64,000 nucleotides of DNA. Source: Lama glama. Lineage: Eukaryota. Of the stretch, positions 1-12,834 are shown one piece after another. Positions within the stretch are counted from its first letter, which is position 1, and each line of letters opens with the position of its first letter. The position numbers and the translations under genes are program-made. The notes under the pieces were generated by a model that had not been told where the DNA came from, did no database searches, and worked only from the letters and a program-made list of their open reading frames with translations. The stretch is taken from NCBI GenBank assembly GCA_028534125.1, contig CM052818.1, positions 40,488,001-40,552,000 of the forward strand. Direction: 5' to 3'.

Positions 1-289
1 CCATTTACTGTACCACAAATAGCGCCTTTCCCCGGAGTATCAACACGTCATTAGTTTTATAATCTCACCATCCATGTTTCCATTGCCCTATTTTCCTAAC
101 TATGCCAGCAATAAATCCTGTTCATCTTCATGTTCCTGCTGAAACTAACTTCTTACAAAGCACCCTCCTGTTCCCACCATCACTCTTCTAAAAGCTCCAT
201 TTTTTCTTTAAGTCCTGCCTTCTCTTTAGAACATGCCTTTGGCTACTTTAAACCTCAAGAATCTGTCATCTCTGGATTGGCGTACACAG

Positions 290-640
290 GGGATATCCAG
301 ACAGAGCTTGATATCCAGGAAGCAGGTGGATACAGAGAGCTGAAGCTCTTTGCAGAGGCAAGACTGGAGATAAAGACTTGACATAATCATTGTACAGGTA
401 GTAGTTAAAATTCTGCATGTAAATGAGGTTATGTAGAAAGAGTACGTGGGAAACAAGAGAAGTGAGTCTATTAAGGGATCCAAAAGAACACCAATTTTTC
501 AGGAATGGGTACCAATTATACCTCAACAAAACTGGAGGGAAAAAGGGACTGGTGAAGAAAGAATTGTCAGGGAAAGAGGCTAAGAAGGAATTTTGAAAAA
601 GTAGTAACAGCAGAGACAAAAGAAAGAAGGGTTCCTAGGC
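290..640 (-). mobile_element. L2 LINE fragment
   Basis: Purine-rich stretch resembling antisense L2 (gatatccagga..ggtggatacagagagctgaagctc..gactggagataaagacttg). Confidence 0.7.
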
Positions 641-699
641 ATTTATCTTTCTTCTTCCACATGATAGATGTTTAAACTTGTTACCATTCTTCTCAACTT

Positions 700-780
700 G
701 AGCACCACATCTGTACAACTCTAGGGGCTACCATTTATGTAACATGCAATGTCAATGGACACTTCAAGAATAGTATGGCT
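700..780. mobile_element. MER91-like hAT-Tip100 MITE fragment
   Basis: tgtacaactctaggggctaccatt resembles the MER91 core (GCACAACTCCAGGGGGCGCCATT). Confidence 0.4.
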
Positions 781-2099
781 CCCCAAGTCCTTTTTCCATT
801 TGACCTCAAGGTCAGCTGGGAAACTTTTTTTTTTAATCCACAGGAAATATCAAGAAGGAGCTTCTATACCATATCTTCCTTTCACTATCACCTCAAAATC
901 TTCATCCACCTTGACCCTAGGATTCTTTTGGATTATTTGCATGTCATGGAATCTATCTTCTCTATTAATGATCTCCCAATGGTGTAATCCAGTCCCACAC
1001 TCGGTTTGAACATAAATTTTATACTTATAGGAACAGATGAAAAAATGCAATGTCGATCCACCCCTAACAGTCATTTCTACAAAGGTGCTTTGTTAACTCA
1101 TTTAGGATTTGCCATGACTCGGGGATATTTCATCTATTGTAATAATAAAATGTTCAAAAGTATCATCAAATAGAGAACCCAGCATGTGCTCTCTATGAAG
1201 AGATGTTCCCTTAAAGATGCAGCTCTTAATGCACAGTGTAAAATGCTTGTAACTTTTATTATGTCTTAGATGAAAAACATGTCTTACCGCATACCAGAGT
1301 AACAGACGTCAACTCACTTTTCAAATTGGGAACAGCTTTTCATTTTGTTCTATTCAACAATCTCTGGGTCCTAATTCAGCTCTTCCCTCCCTCCATCCTA
1401 CCTCCCACTACTGCTGCCTTCGTCTTTGCTCCAGCAAAACAACGTCCCAAACTGCTTTTTCAAAGACACTAATGTGCAAGGTGACAGAGGAAGCCTTCCA
1501 AGATTGGAATCTACTGGGCTCTCTCTCCTTTTATGCAGTAAGAATACAGGAGAGGAACTCATTGGTGAAATATTTACTACCTCAACACTGCTGATTGAAC
1601 ACAATCCACAGGAAACCCAGATGTCCAGAGTAGCAGATCAGAGCGGGGAAATTAGGCGGCTATAGAGCCAAATTTTGATTTCTAGTCTCGTGTGTAAGAA
1701 AAAAAATGACGATCTGCTGTGCTATTAAAACCCCAAATGGAAGCATCCATCATAATCCTCTTCCAAGTGCCACTTCTTTATTTACTGATGATTAGTAAAA
1801 CAAGTTCATTCTTTATCAAGTTGAAATATAACTGAGAGTTTAGATATGATTTCAGGTGGTAAGTAATTGATAGCAAAGGGTTTTTGGAGTACGTATTAAG
1901 TCAATTGGTAAATTTTAGTCCTTGGAGGAGAAATGCTAGATCTCATTTCACTTTATAACTGAACACAAACTTTGAACCAAATACTACTCATATCTGTTTG
2001 ATAAAACGTTCATGGAGCCTTGACAGGGTCCAGTGCAGACATTCTCATCATCTGTATTCTCTGCTGGCTAGAAGGCTACTTTTGGTTTTGTTTTAAGAG

Positions 2100-2290
2100 A
2101 CAGTGGAGCCCAGGGTCTACACGTAGTCTTCAAAATCATGAGACCTGAGTTCTAATTCTGATCCCCAATCTGGACAAGTCTATAAACTTTCTGTACTACA
2201 TTCAAAATGGGGAAGATGTATAACTTGCCTCTCTTTGCTCCAAAGAGCTATTACAAGCAGGGGTGAGGTCATCGGCATGAACGCACATTA
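2100..2290 (+). mobile_element. MIR SINE (degenerate)
   Basis: agacctgagttctaattctg..tggacaagtc..aaactttctgt..aaaatgggga: MIR core. Confidence 0.6.
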
Positions 2291-3064
2291 ACCTCTTCAA
2301 ACAAAGAGTGGTGAAGAAAAGCAAGACAATGAAATTTTTTTGAAACAATATACAATTTTTTTTTCCTTCGGCTTTTTTCGGATAGCCAAGTTTAAAGTCA
2401 GTGGTGCCCGTTTAAAAAGCAAAATCACAGAAACATGCAGGGAAATTTGGAATCAATTTATTTAAAGACATGTTCTTTGCATCTGTTGTTCATTAAGATA
2501 CTTTTATTGACGTGTCCAGAAATCTTTCCTAGTAGTTTAGGCACGCGGGGGCTCTGAGCCCTATGAAGTATAGCAAATTGCAGATGAATTGGTCCAGAAG
2601 TGTAGGTTTGTCTTTTTTTTTTTAGATGCTTTTTAAAATAGAGTATTCTCAAGGGAGTGATTGGTGGGGGAAGGGAAGTATGTACTGACACTTAAAAGTT
2701 GCTTGACCTTCTGGAATGCACATCTAAAACTTCTGTAACAGTAGCCCAAAAGGACTGAAACTCAGTTTTCGAACTACTTTAATAAAGACTGCTTTCTCCA
2801 AGGATCCCAAAGCAAATGACCCAGGGATAATTAGCTTAAAATAAAGTGAAGCTTGCTTTAAGAAGCCTGTTTTGCTGAGAAGTCTTTGTATTAGTGCATC
2901 ACACATTTTCTGGGTCTTAGGAAGAATACGCGTTCATCAAATGGAGTTGGGAAAAGATGGAGAAGGGAAAAGACTACTTCAATAAGTGGAATAGCATATT
3001 CAAAGATATGGAGGCTAAGAGCACAAAGCAAGTTTGGAAGAGCTATAAGCATTATGTGTTTATT

Positions 3065-3760
3065 TGCTTATTTATTTGTTTTTTGTAAGTATACACAGAG
3101 CTCCCACTATATGCTGGGTAACATTCTGGGTAATTAATAAGATGCATCTCTGGTATCAAACAATTGGCAGTATAGCAAGGGAGATGGACACACAAACTAT
3201 TTCAATCCAGTGTGTTAAGGTTTATTCAGAGGTCGTAATGAGCTCTGAGGAAGCTCAGCAGTGCAGACAAGAGAAGGCATGCGGGGGGGGGGGGTGTGGG
3301 GGCGTGTGTGTGTGGGTGGGTGAGGGAACGGTGGCAGGTTAGGATTGGCACGGAAAGACATCTCAGGAAAAGGTAACACCTGATGGAATCCTGAAGAAGT
3401 ATAATAAGGTGATCATATAGGAATTGTGATGAAAGGGTCTTCCAGGTTGAGAATCAGTATGAGGAAATGGCTGAAAGCTAGAGAAAATTTGGTGGGATGC
3501 AAAAATTACAAGAAGTCCTAACTGGAGTTTGGATTATGTGGAAGGGGGGTCATAGGGTGACAGTGGGCAGGAGAGGAGGTTGGAGATTAAGGAAGTAGAT
3601 GCGCTGGGTGAGAGGAGGTGAAAGCATGGAAGATCTTGAATGCCATGGTAAGTTAAAGAATTCGGGTGTGGAGTCCCACTGGAGGATGGTGATGGAGTTT
3701 GCTTTTCAGGGAGATCACTCCCTGGAGGATGGGGTAGCAATTCTGGTGGGAAGATCAGTG
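3065..3760 (-). mobile_element. L2 LINE 3' fragment
   Basis: Starts with the antisense L2 tail (tttatttgt..gagctcccactatatgctggg) and continues in purine-rich antisense L2 sequence. Confidence 0.7.
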
Positions 3761-4469
3761 CTCAGCCTCTGTACCTGGGCTACAAGGAAGAGGGGAAGTC
3801 AGTGAGGCAAGAGCAGCCACAGGTCCTAGAGCTTAGACGTCCCTCTCCTGGGAGCTTTTGCTGACCCCCACAAGGCTGTGTCTACCACTGCCTTGGCTCA
3901 CTACAGTAACAGCACGCATTTCTGCCTATTAATTTATTTGCGCTCTCTGGAAAACGGGACTATACCTTAGTCACTGCGATGCTTCCAGAGTCTAGCTGCT
4001 TCAAAGACAGTGACTAGAAACAGGTGGGTAGGTATCACAGGATGAATAGACATAAATTGTGTGGTGAAAGGCAGACATGTGACAGGTGGTCAGAAATGCC
4101 TACTGAAGTGAATTGAGAAGGGAACCTTGCCTGCTTCCTCATTTGGTAGCGAGGCTTCAAAAAAGTGAGGACTTTGAAGAGAGACAAGATCTTGTTGTTT
4201 AATCACACTGAGCCTGCAAAGTGGATGTGATATCTGCCTTTTCGGATTGGGATTGGGACATGAAAAGGAACTGGCAGGTCCTTAGATCCTAAATTCATTG
4301 TTGAGTTAATTTGTAAATAAACAATGAGAAGAGATGATAACTCCCTTTCATCTCCCTGTTTCTCAGATGGGTTCTCCTCAACTCTCCATCTCTAGAATCC
4401 CTGCTTCCCCACCTTCATTTCCTGAAGAATCTGTCCCGTGGTTGACTGACTCACACCATGGGGCTGGTG

Positions 4470-5090
4470 ACCTGCCCCATGATTCACTGAGAAGTGGAAG
4501 TTATTAGAGATGAACTCGTTCATCGTCCCACAACTTTCCATCCTCCTGTATCAGTGTCCACACTCTCAGTCTCCCTCCTGTCACCTTGGAAGAAATGTGC
4601 CTGATCCAGTCCAAAGGCAAAGCCCTGCTTTATGCACTGGATCTCATCTTCACTTGGCTAATTAACCTCTCTTTTATAATTATTCTCTCCCTTCTGCACC
4701 ATCAATTTCTCTTTCTCTACAGTATCATTTCCATCATACTCCAATCATGTTGTAATTTCTCCCACCTTCATAGAAATCCAAGCTGTCTTTCATCCCCATA
4801 TAACCATCATATCTCTGCTCCAATTCACAATAGTTCTGCTTAACTGCTTCCTCCACTTTCTCCTTCCCCTCATCCTTAGCCTTCTCTGATTGGGATCTGC
4901 CCCACCCCACCACTGAGGTCGCTTTTGACAAAGTTACCAATGACCTGTCTGTTGTCAAATCCAGTCGTTTCTTTAGTTTTTGTCTCACTTGATCTCTCAG
5001 AAGCATTCTGAATGTATGAACTCATTTCTGAAACACTTTTCTCTCTTATTTAGTGAAACCATTCTTTCTTCTGGATGGTGTCTGAGAACA
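4470..5090 (+). mobile_element. L2 LINE, reverse-transcriptase region remnant
   Basis: cactgaggtcgcttttgacaaagttaccaatgacctg..cacttgatctctcagaagcatt encodes a decayed L2 RT motif (TE.A..KVTNDL..LDLS.AF). Confidence 0.85.
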
Positions 5091-5777
5091 TTCTGGTTCT
5101 TAAAGTTGCTAATTAAAAGGCACAGAGGAAAGGGGGAATCATGATCTGTGCCAACTGTTAGACTTACATATTTGTTCAACAAACATGAACTGAGGGCCAA
5201 TGTGTGGTGGGCTTGTGGTTGACACTAAAAATAACAAGATTAAGAAGCTGATTCTCCCTTCAAGGAGCTCACGGTGAAATGAGGGGGATAGGCAAGCATT
5301 TTCATCGTGACCAAGAGTCTTTGCAAATACTTCCCTGCTTCTGGCTGAAAAGTAAAGGCTCCCTGCCCTTCACGCCTCCCAGCCATACTATGCAGCCATC
5401 CTGGAGAGACCCAGAGCCCGAGGCCATCAGTCAGGAGAGGCTGTCCAAACAAGGCTGGGCGTCACCGCATCCCCAGGGCCCAGCCTCTCTCTTCAGTAGA
5501 AATGCGCCCTAGATGGGGGAGCTGTCTCTGTGGACAGCGATGATGACGGACGGCCCATGGAAAGCATTTTTCATCTCCAAGTGATACACATGTGCATTTT
5601 CGCTCTGGGGCCAGGTTCTGGCTGGGATGCCTGCTGCTCTCCGTTTTCTGAGCTGTTGTCACCTTTTCCCCTTTACTGACAAATGGACCCATTTTGCAGC
5701 CTGAGTGACTGATGGCCCTTTTATGAAGCCTAAATTAACTCAGTGTGGCATGGGAGGAAAATAAAGATAATTATTCT

Positions 5778-5935
5778 TTTTTTTGTATATATATGTGTAT
5801 GTATGTATGTATGTATGTATGTATGTATGTATTTATTTATTGAAGTATAGTCAGTTTACAATGTTGTGTCAGTTTCTATGTACAGCATTGTGCTTTAATC
5901 ATACAGGAACATACACATATTAGTTTTCATATTCT
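5778..5935 (-). mobile_element. Short 5'-truncated L1 3' end with tail-derived (GTAT)9 microsatellite
   Basis: ttattgaagtatagtcagtttacaatgttgtgtcagtttc is homologous (antisense) to the L1 3' end at 9510-9610; (GTAT)9 at 5797-5832. Confidence 0.8.
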
Positions 5936-6796
5936 TAACATCTTAAACCTTCTTCTCCATCTTAGCGTGCCCCTGCTGAAAGACCTATGATGATTTTCTC
6001 TTGTCCTTGGGATATAATCCAAAATCCATTTCCAACTGGCTCAGACAACGATCTCAAACTTCTCTCCCACTACTAAACTATGCAGGCAGAATGCTCACTC
6101 AGACATACCATGGATTTTCCTACATCCACACCACATTCACATGATTTATGCCTACCAACCCCTCGCCCAACTGTCTATGAAGCAGTCCCCGACGGCCCTA
6201 GGCCACTGCAATCTCTTATCCTTTGAATGGTCATTCAGCACAAGGCCAAGGAAGTGAGTGCTTCGGTTCAGACATGAAAGTCTGAAATTCCTTGTGATTT
6301 CCGGGTCAGAGTAACCTGTCCTCGCCACCCTCTCCCCTCCAATAGCACCAGGCTGAATGCCCAGGATATGGAAGTTTCTGTACAAAATCTAGTTAGCTGA
6401 TGGATTCCTTCAGTAGCCCTCTCTAATGTGCACTAATTCCATCAGCAAGTGAGCGGGGGACCGGGTATGTCATAGCTTACACCTTGATCAGCCTAAGATG
6501 ATAGGTTTTATTAGCACAAGAAGAGACACATGAACAGCTGTGTCTGGACTCCTAAGCCAGTGTTGACCAGTGACTCCATGAATCAAGCATTTCTGATTCA
6601 GAGAGAACACATTTCTGAACCAAAAACATTCAAGTGACTGGCTTAGTCACCAATTTAGTTTTGCGTAGGTAGATCTGTTCTAAATAATAGATGGGTCTGT
6701 CTCATCTCTGGAAGCCTGCAAGCTTTGTAAAATTATTGCTTTTAACTGTATCATTAGAAGGTTTGTAAGGACAAGAACCTTGAATGTGTCTCTACC

Positions 6797-6950
6797 CTAG
6801 TGGTTCTCAAACTCTAAGGTGAATCAGGATCACTTGGATGGCTTGTTAAAGCACGGAATTTCACCAGTGCCCTTTTACCAAACAAAATCGAGTTCTCTAG
6901 GCACGTGGGTTTTAATATTTAATCAATAAACTGAAATGATTTGAGGGTCT
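6797..6950. mobile_element. MER5-like hAT-Charlie MITE
   Basis: agtggttctcaaact..gaatcaggatcacttggatggcttgttaaa is typical of MER5A/B. Confidence 0.7.
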
Positions 6951-8321
6951 GACTATCTTAATAAGGCAATTGTGAAAATGTGAGGCTGTAAATTAGATTT
7001 GAGAAGTTTTCTAAAATGAGGAAAAATTACATTATAAAGGCGACATTAACATTCCAGAGGACTAAAACCCCCGGGGCTGCCCTGAGCCACGGGGGATTCC
7101 ATCTCTGCGGAGCCTGGCAAGTACTCAGATCATTCTGGGGGTGTGGAAGGTAAGATCTGTCAGGAAGAGTAGCTTCATCTGGAGCTGCAGGACACTTTTC
7201 TCCATCACTGGGCAGCTGCTTTGACTAACACCTTTGACAGATTCTGAAAGCCTTTCACCCCCCGCCATCCCTTGGCAAAGAGCAGCTTTTGAAAGGGTTT
7301 TTTTTTTCTCAAACATGCTTGCTAATGACCCAGCTGTGGAACCACCACCACGGGCGGGGCTGCTTCTCTGGCACAGTCATCACAATATTTCATTCTTCCT
7401 ACTTAATTTCAGGCGGTGCTTCCTCCAGACATAAATATATCAAGCTACGTAAAAACCAGAACTTTTATCTGCATAGAGGGGTTTAGAGAGTTCATTTCTC
7501 TTGCTCCGTAGGACAAGAAAAATCATTGTTCCCCTCTTTGATTTAGAGATTTGATTTACGCAGGTTTACCTTTCAAGCTTCTGTTTCAGTTGTGCTAACT
7601 CGCAGGTTTGTGGGCATTTGCTTAGATTTACTGACCTCGGTTTAATTCTTGATTTATAATCTGTAGGTTTCAGACAAAGAATGAATTTTGATTTAGGGTA
7701 ACACATTCAATATGGCTTATATTTTCCACTCAGAGTCAACTATTAGTTGGTTTTAGCACGATTGAATTATGGGCTCTTCCTAGAAGGCTCTTTTTGATGA
7801 AATTAAGATAGATTGAAAACCAAATATTTCCCATATAACTACATGAAATAAAGTTTCCTCTCTAAGAGTCTGACTGGCATGAGCTGGCTTCTCCAAAAAA
7901 GAGCACCCAAGGCTGCTCCCCCGTTCAGCTTATCGGTGGTTAAATATTGAAATCCTCTGGTCCTTCCCTCGTGATCATAGATTTGTCTCCTCATTCATTC
8001 ATTTTCAAGAATATTTCCAAAGATGTTTCACAACCTGCCACATCACAGGGTAAGTATGCTCTTATCTTAAGGTTCTACGCTTTTCGGTGCCTTGAGGACC
8101 ACTCAAAGTTCTGAATCCAAAACAAATAACTTAAAAAAAAAAAGATATGCACATTCTAGTCTCAGTATATATACAATTTAGTGTATTTTTCTATTTGGGG
8201 CTTTGGGATCTACATTCTAAAAGCAGAGCCACTCTCAATAACCAATTGATGAAAGTGGTCTGTTCTCCAATCACCCTGGGGTGACAGACAATAGTCTTCA
8301 AAATGTTAAAATAAATGCAAC

Positions 8322-8420
8322 CAGCTGGGTGTAAAGTACGCAGGACTTCTCTGTACTGCCTCTTGCAAATACAAGTGACCCTACAATGATTTCAAAATAT
8401 AATTTTAAATTAAAAAAAAT
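8322..8420 (+). mobile_element. Old L1M 3' terminus
   Basis: gctgggtgtaaagtacgcaggacttctctgtact..ttgcaa..tttcaaaat followed by an A-rich tail. Confidence 0.6.
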
Positions 8421-8732
8421 TTTTCATTTCTTCCAACTCAACTCTCTATTGAGTAAAAATGGACATAGAGCCAAACTAGTGTCCTGATGGAACGTGGCTG
8501 ACTAGATTTCAGTTATGGGATAAATCAGACGAATATGGGCCTCCAACACTTCACCCTTAGAAAAAATGCAACGATCGAAAACCAGAATGACTTCATTCAC
8601 TTTGAATATTCTGTAGGTTGACTAGAAAATTTGTGAAAGTATGAGGTTTGGAAAAACATGGAAGGCGTTTTACAAAACCTATCTCATCTTCATAAAAGCT
8701 ATGAGACAGTAAAAATCCTAATGAATTAATAG

Positions 8733-9642
8733 TGGCAATAGGTACATGAAAAAATGCTCAGTGCCGCTGATGACCAGATAAATGCAAATCAAAACTATAA
8801 TGAGGTACCACCTCATACTAGTCAGAATAGCCATTGTTAAAAAGTCCACAAATGACAAATGCTGGAGAGGGTGTGGAGAAAAGGGAACCATCTTATACTG
8901 TTGGTGGGAATGTATTTTGGTACAGCCGTTATGGAAAACAGTATGGAGATTCCTCTAAAAAATAAAAATACACTTACCCTATGATCCAGCAACCCCGCTC
9001 CTGCGCATATATCTGGAGGGAACTCTAATTTGAAAAGATACATGCACCCCAATGTTCATAGCAGCACTATTTACCTTAGCCATGTCATGGAAGCAACCTA
9101 ACTGTCCATTGACAGATGACTGGATAAAGAAGTTGTGGTATATATACACACAATGGAATACTACTCAGCCATAAAAAGGATAAATTAATGGATCAAGCTG
9201 GAGATCATCCTTCCAACTGAAGTAAGCCAGAAAGAGAAAGAAAAATACCATGTGATATCACTTATATGTGGAATCTTAAAAAAAAAAAAAACACAAACGA
9301 ACTTATTTACAAAACAGAAATAGACTCACAGACGTAGAAAACAAACTTACGGCTACCAGAGGGGAAAGGAAGTGGGAAGGGAGAAATTAGGAGTTCAAGA
9401 TTTGCAGATACTAATTATTATATATTAATTAGATAAACAACAAGGTCCTACTGTACAGGACAGAGAACTATATTATATTCAATATCTCATCGTAACCTAT
9501 AATGAAAAAGAATATGAAAACGAACATATGTATGTATATGTATGACTGAAACATAATGCAGAACACTAGAAATTGGCACAGCATGGTAAATGGACTATAT
9601 TTCAATTAAAAAAACTTAAAAACCAAAAAGAAAAAAAAAAAA
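8733..9642 (+). mobile_element. 5'-truncated L1 (ORF2 C-terminal part, 3' UTR, poly-A), cetartiodactyl-type
   Basis: Clear L1 sequence (aatgcaaatcaaaactataatgaggtaccacctc; tgctggagagggtgtggagaaaaggg; caatggaatactactcagccataaaa) ending in an A-rich tail at about 9608-9642. Confidence 0.95.
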
Positions 9643-10249
9643 GAACCAGAACATCACCAGGTCAAATTGGTTATCGAGAAATAATGAAATAATGAAGATA
9701 TATGTTCTTTGCATATTCAGTTACCATAATTTAATATATTATGCTTGTTTTGATTATTGAAGTCACTAATGTCCTTGTACATATGTATTAGAAGCACTTG
9801 TCAGTTACCTAGGACTCGTAAGGCTTAGTGCAGACTCTCAGGAGTACTTTGACGTAGTCGTCTAGACATTATTTATTATTAAAATGTTAATGACTTGATT
9901 CATTTTAATGTTTATTTTCACATGATCTTATATTTACTGCAAGTAATCCTAGTTTTCCATTTATAGAAGAGATACAATTTCCTTTAAAATAAATTTGTCT
10001 GTGTGTTTTTTTAATGAGCTGATTTTTAAATATTGGTGCCGGAAAATAGCAAACAAGGCAGCAATTATGGAGTTGGTATCAGAATGTCTGCAGTTTAAGA
10101 AGCAAATATGAGAATGCAAATGACAGGGTCCTTCACCACGTGAGGAATGAACAAACATCTTATAATCCTTTCTTATCATCAGACGTGTCAGTCCTAGCCT
10201 GGGCACAATAAAAGAAGGCTGGTTGGTTAAGAAAACAGCTAAAAGAATG

Positions 10250-10430
10250 AAGGGAACTCACTTGCTGTGTCCTTATTATGTGCTGGGTGCTTTCCATGTA
10301 TATTCTGATTTAATCTTCACAGAAGCTCCATGTTTTAAATGAGTAAACAAAAAGGTTAAGAGTTAAGAAATTTACCCAAGTTCATGCAGCTAGTAAATCG
10401 AAGAGCTGAAACTTGAACTGCAGTCTGCCC
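10250..10430 (-). mobile_element. MIR SINE
   Basis: tatgtgctgggtgcttt..tttaatcttcaca..aaatgagtaaac..aatttacccaagttcatgcagctagtaa. Confidence 0.8.
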
Positions 10431-11199
10431 TACTTTCCAAGAGCTGAGATAGGACTACATGGAGATTCGTTTTTAAAACTGTCCAGAAAGAAGCAGTCGA
10501 GCCCTATGTCTGTCTCCTTTGAGATTTCTTTAAGCAGCAACTGAAGGGTGCTGCCCAAAAGATGGGAGCTTAAGGATGTTAACGATGGAGATGACTTAGA
10601 TCATTGAGCCCACGCCAGAGATCCACGATCAAGCCACCAGGAAATGTCACAGCTCATGGGTAAATAGCAGGTGAGGGTGGACTATTACGGCCCTGCCTCA
10701 GCTAAGCTGGAACCCTGGCATGGAGAGATTCAGCAACAGTGTCTTCCCCTTTGTATTTCATTGGAATATTTCAATTTTCATTTCTCGGGATAATCCAGAG
10801 TTTGATCTGCCATCCAAGTCTTTTCCTGATTGGTCACGTACTGATTTCATGAGCAAACACTTCCCCCTGGTGGTGTTTGTTAGTCATTGCATGTACCGCC
10901 TCTCAGGACCCAAAAATGGAAAACTCCGAACCTGCGTTTTGGGACACAAACGATTCTTCCTCATCCTTTCACCCCCAGTAACTGTCCACCCAGCCATTGT
11001 AGACAGAGAAATACTTACTACGACTTGAATCCTTTAAAATTTATTGATGCTTGCATATGTTTCTTGGTTAATGTTTCATATGCACTTAAAAAGAATGCAC
11101 ATTTCACTATTGTTGGTGTACTGTCCTGTGACTATCACTAAAGACAAGATGTTATCATAGTGTTCTTCAGGTTGCCTAGAGCCTTACTGGTTTTCTGTC

Positions 11200-11697
11200 T
11201 ACTCAAGCATCTTCCGGCCATGTGAGGTCATTTGTTCAGCTTACAGCAACCTGGTGTCCCTCTGCCCAGCTCCGCGGAACATCACCTTGTGCGTTCACAG
11301 CTTGGTATTTAGCAAAAGACCCAAGGGAAACCTTATGCAGATCTGTGGATACTTTCTTCTGCTTCCTCCCTTCCTGTGCTCTGCCGTGCACGCTCCCACC
11401 GGCTCAGCCTCCTGGACCTCAAACATCTGTCTTTCATCTCAGTGACACTTGCTGTGCTTTGCTTGGGCTGCGACTCCTTGTGCAGCTGCCAGGGAAGTGC
11501 CTCCAGCCAGAAAGGCAGCGTCCAGTAGGCTGACTTTGCTTCTTTCCCTCCTCTCAGTGATCCAGGACAGCAGGACCAGCAGACAGCACTGCCAGCTGCC
11601 TGCTCAGTGAAAATAGTTGTTTTATACATTTAGCCCAGTTGTCTGATTGCAAGTCTGGAATCCTTCATACCATCATAGCCCAAAATTGAAGTCCCCA
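11200..11697 (-). mobile_element. Old L1M 5'-end/UTR fragment
   Basis: agcaaaagacccaagggaaaccttatgcagatct..ggaagtgcctccagccagaaag..aaaatagttgttttatacattt..accatcatagcc..gaagtc resembles antisense L1MC/MD/ME 5' ends; a related copy lies at 17365-17665. Confidence 0.6.
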
Positions 11698-12502
11698 GTT
11701 GCCGCACTAGCTTCACTTAGACGGTTAAGTATGTGCAATATCATTTGCTAACTTTTTAATTTAAATTTGACGTTTTTTACACAACACATATGACATTTTA
11801 AAAATGTAGGCTGAAAGTCATTTTCTTTTAACTAAAGCGAGTAAGGTCTATTACAGTTGTGGTGATTAATATAGTAATTGGATTTACCTAACATTTTGCT
11901 TTGTGCTGTTTGAGTTTTTTTCAGTTTTGTTTGGAAGAAGATTTTCCCATTCCTGCTTTGGCCTTCTTTTGGATTGACTGAATTGCCCCTTCCTCATCAC
12001 ATTTTCCCTCTCCCGCTCCCCTTCACCGCTAATTTGGCAGTTATGTTTTGTAGCTACTTTTAGATCATTTAAGATGAGTACTTAACAGAGTCTCTAAGTT
12101 AATTAACTGACTTATCCACCTCCTGAGAAAAATCATTCTTTCTCTAAGTGGGTCTAATACTCTGGCGTAATGCACCCATTGTATTTTTTTTTCTTTCATG
12201 AAAGTATATCTATTTTTTCAGGTTAAATAAAGTTTATTATTAAAGTTGATTCCACCGACTACTTTTCCATCTTTAAATATAAGATATTAGAATATTTTAT
12301 TTTTTTACTTTATCCATTGCACTTTAAATTTCAATTATTTATTTTTTATTTCTAGAAGTTTTATTTGATTGTTTTTTTTAACTTGCTTGAAACTCTCTTG
12401 CTTGAAACTCTCATTTCATGAGCATATTTTCAACCTTTACTTTTTATTTCCTAGAATATACTAAATATACTCACTTTACACGGTATATTTGATATCTCTA
12501 TA

Positions 12503-12834
12503 CAGTTTCAAAATCACCTCTCTGAAATTTGAACATCAAAAAACTCTGAAAATATAATTTTCTTTTTAACATAAGTGGGCAACTCTCATTCAGAGGCAAA
12601 ATCCATACTGCATTGCTATGAGACTAATTAGAGTTCTGTTTTTACCACTTTATGTATTTTTATCTGAAACCATTGTTTATGTAGAAAGGTTTATGGTCGG
12701 TTCCTACAGACGTCATTCAGGCTGTGATGGAATCTTTCATAAATGAATTCTATTATATTTCTAAATATTTTTTAAAAACTTGAATTCAGAACCATATCTA
12801 GTTCCAAAGGTTTTCAATAAACAAGTGTAGACTG
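12503..12834. mobile_element. TcMar-Tigger-type DNA transposon (non-autonomous)
   Basis: Degenerate terminal inverted repeats (ta|cagtttcaaaatcacctctctgaaa ... tttcaataaacaagtgtagactg) and a subterminal gaattcagaaccatatctagttccaaagg motif. Confidence 0.55.

Noticed and set aside
850..1074. Protein-looking minus-strand ORF (..KNPRVKVDEDFEVIVKGRYG..)
   Set aside because: No recognised homology and no convincing splice sites; could be rechecked with blastx.
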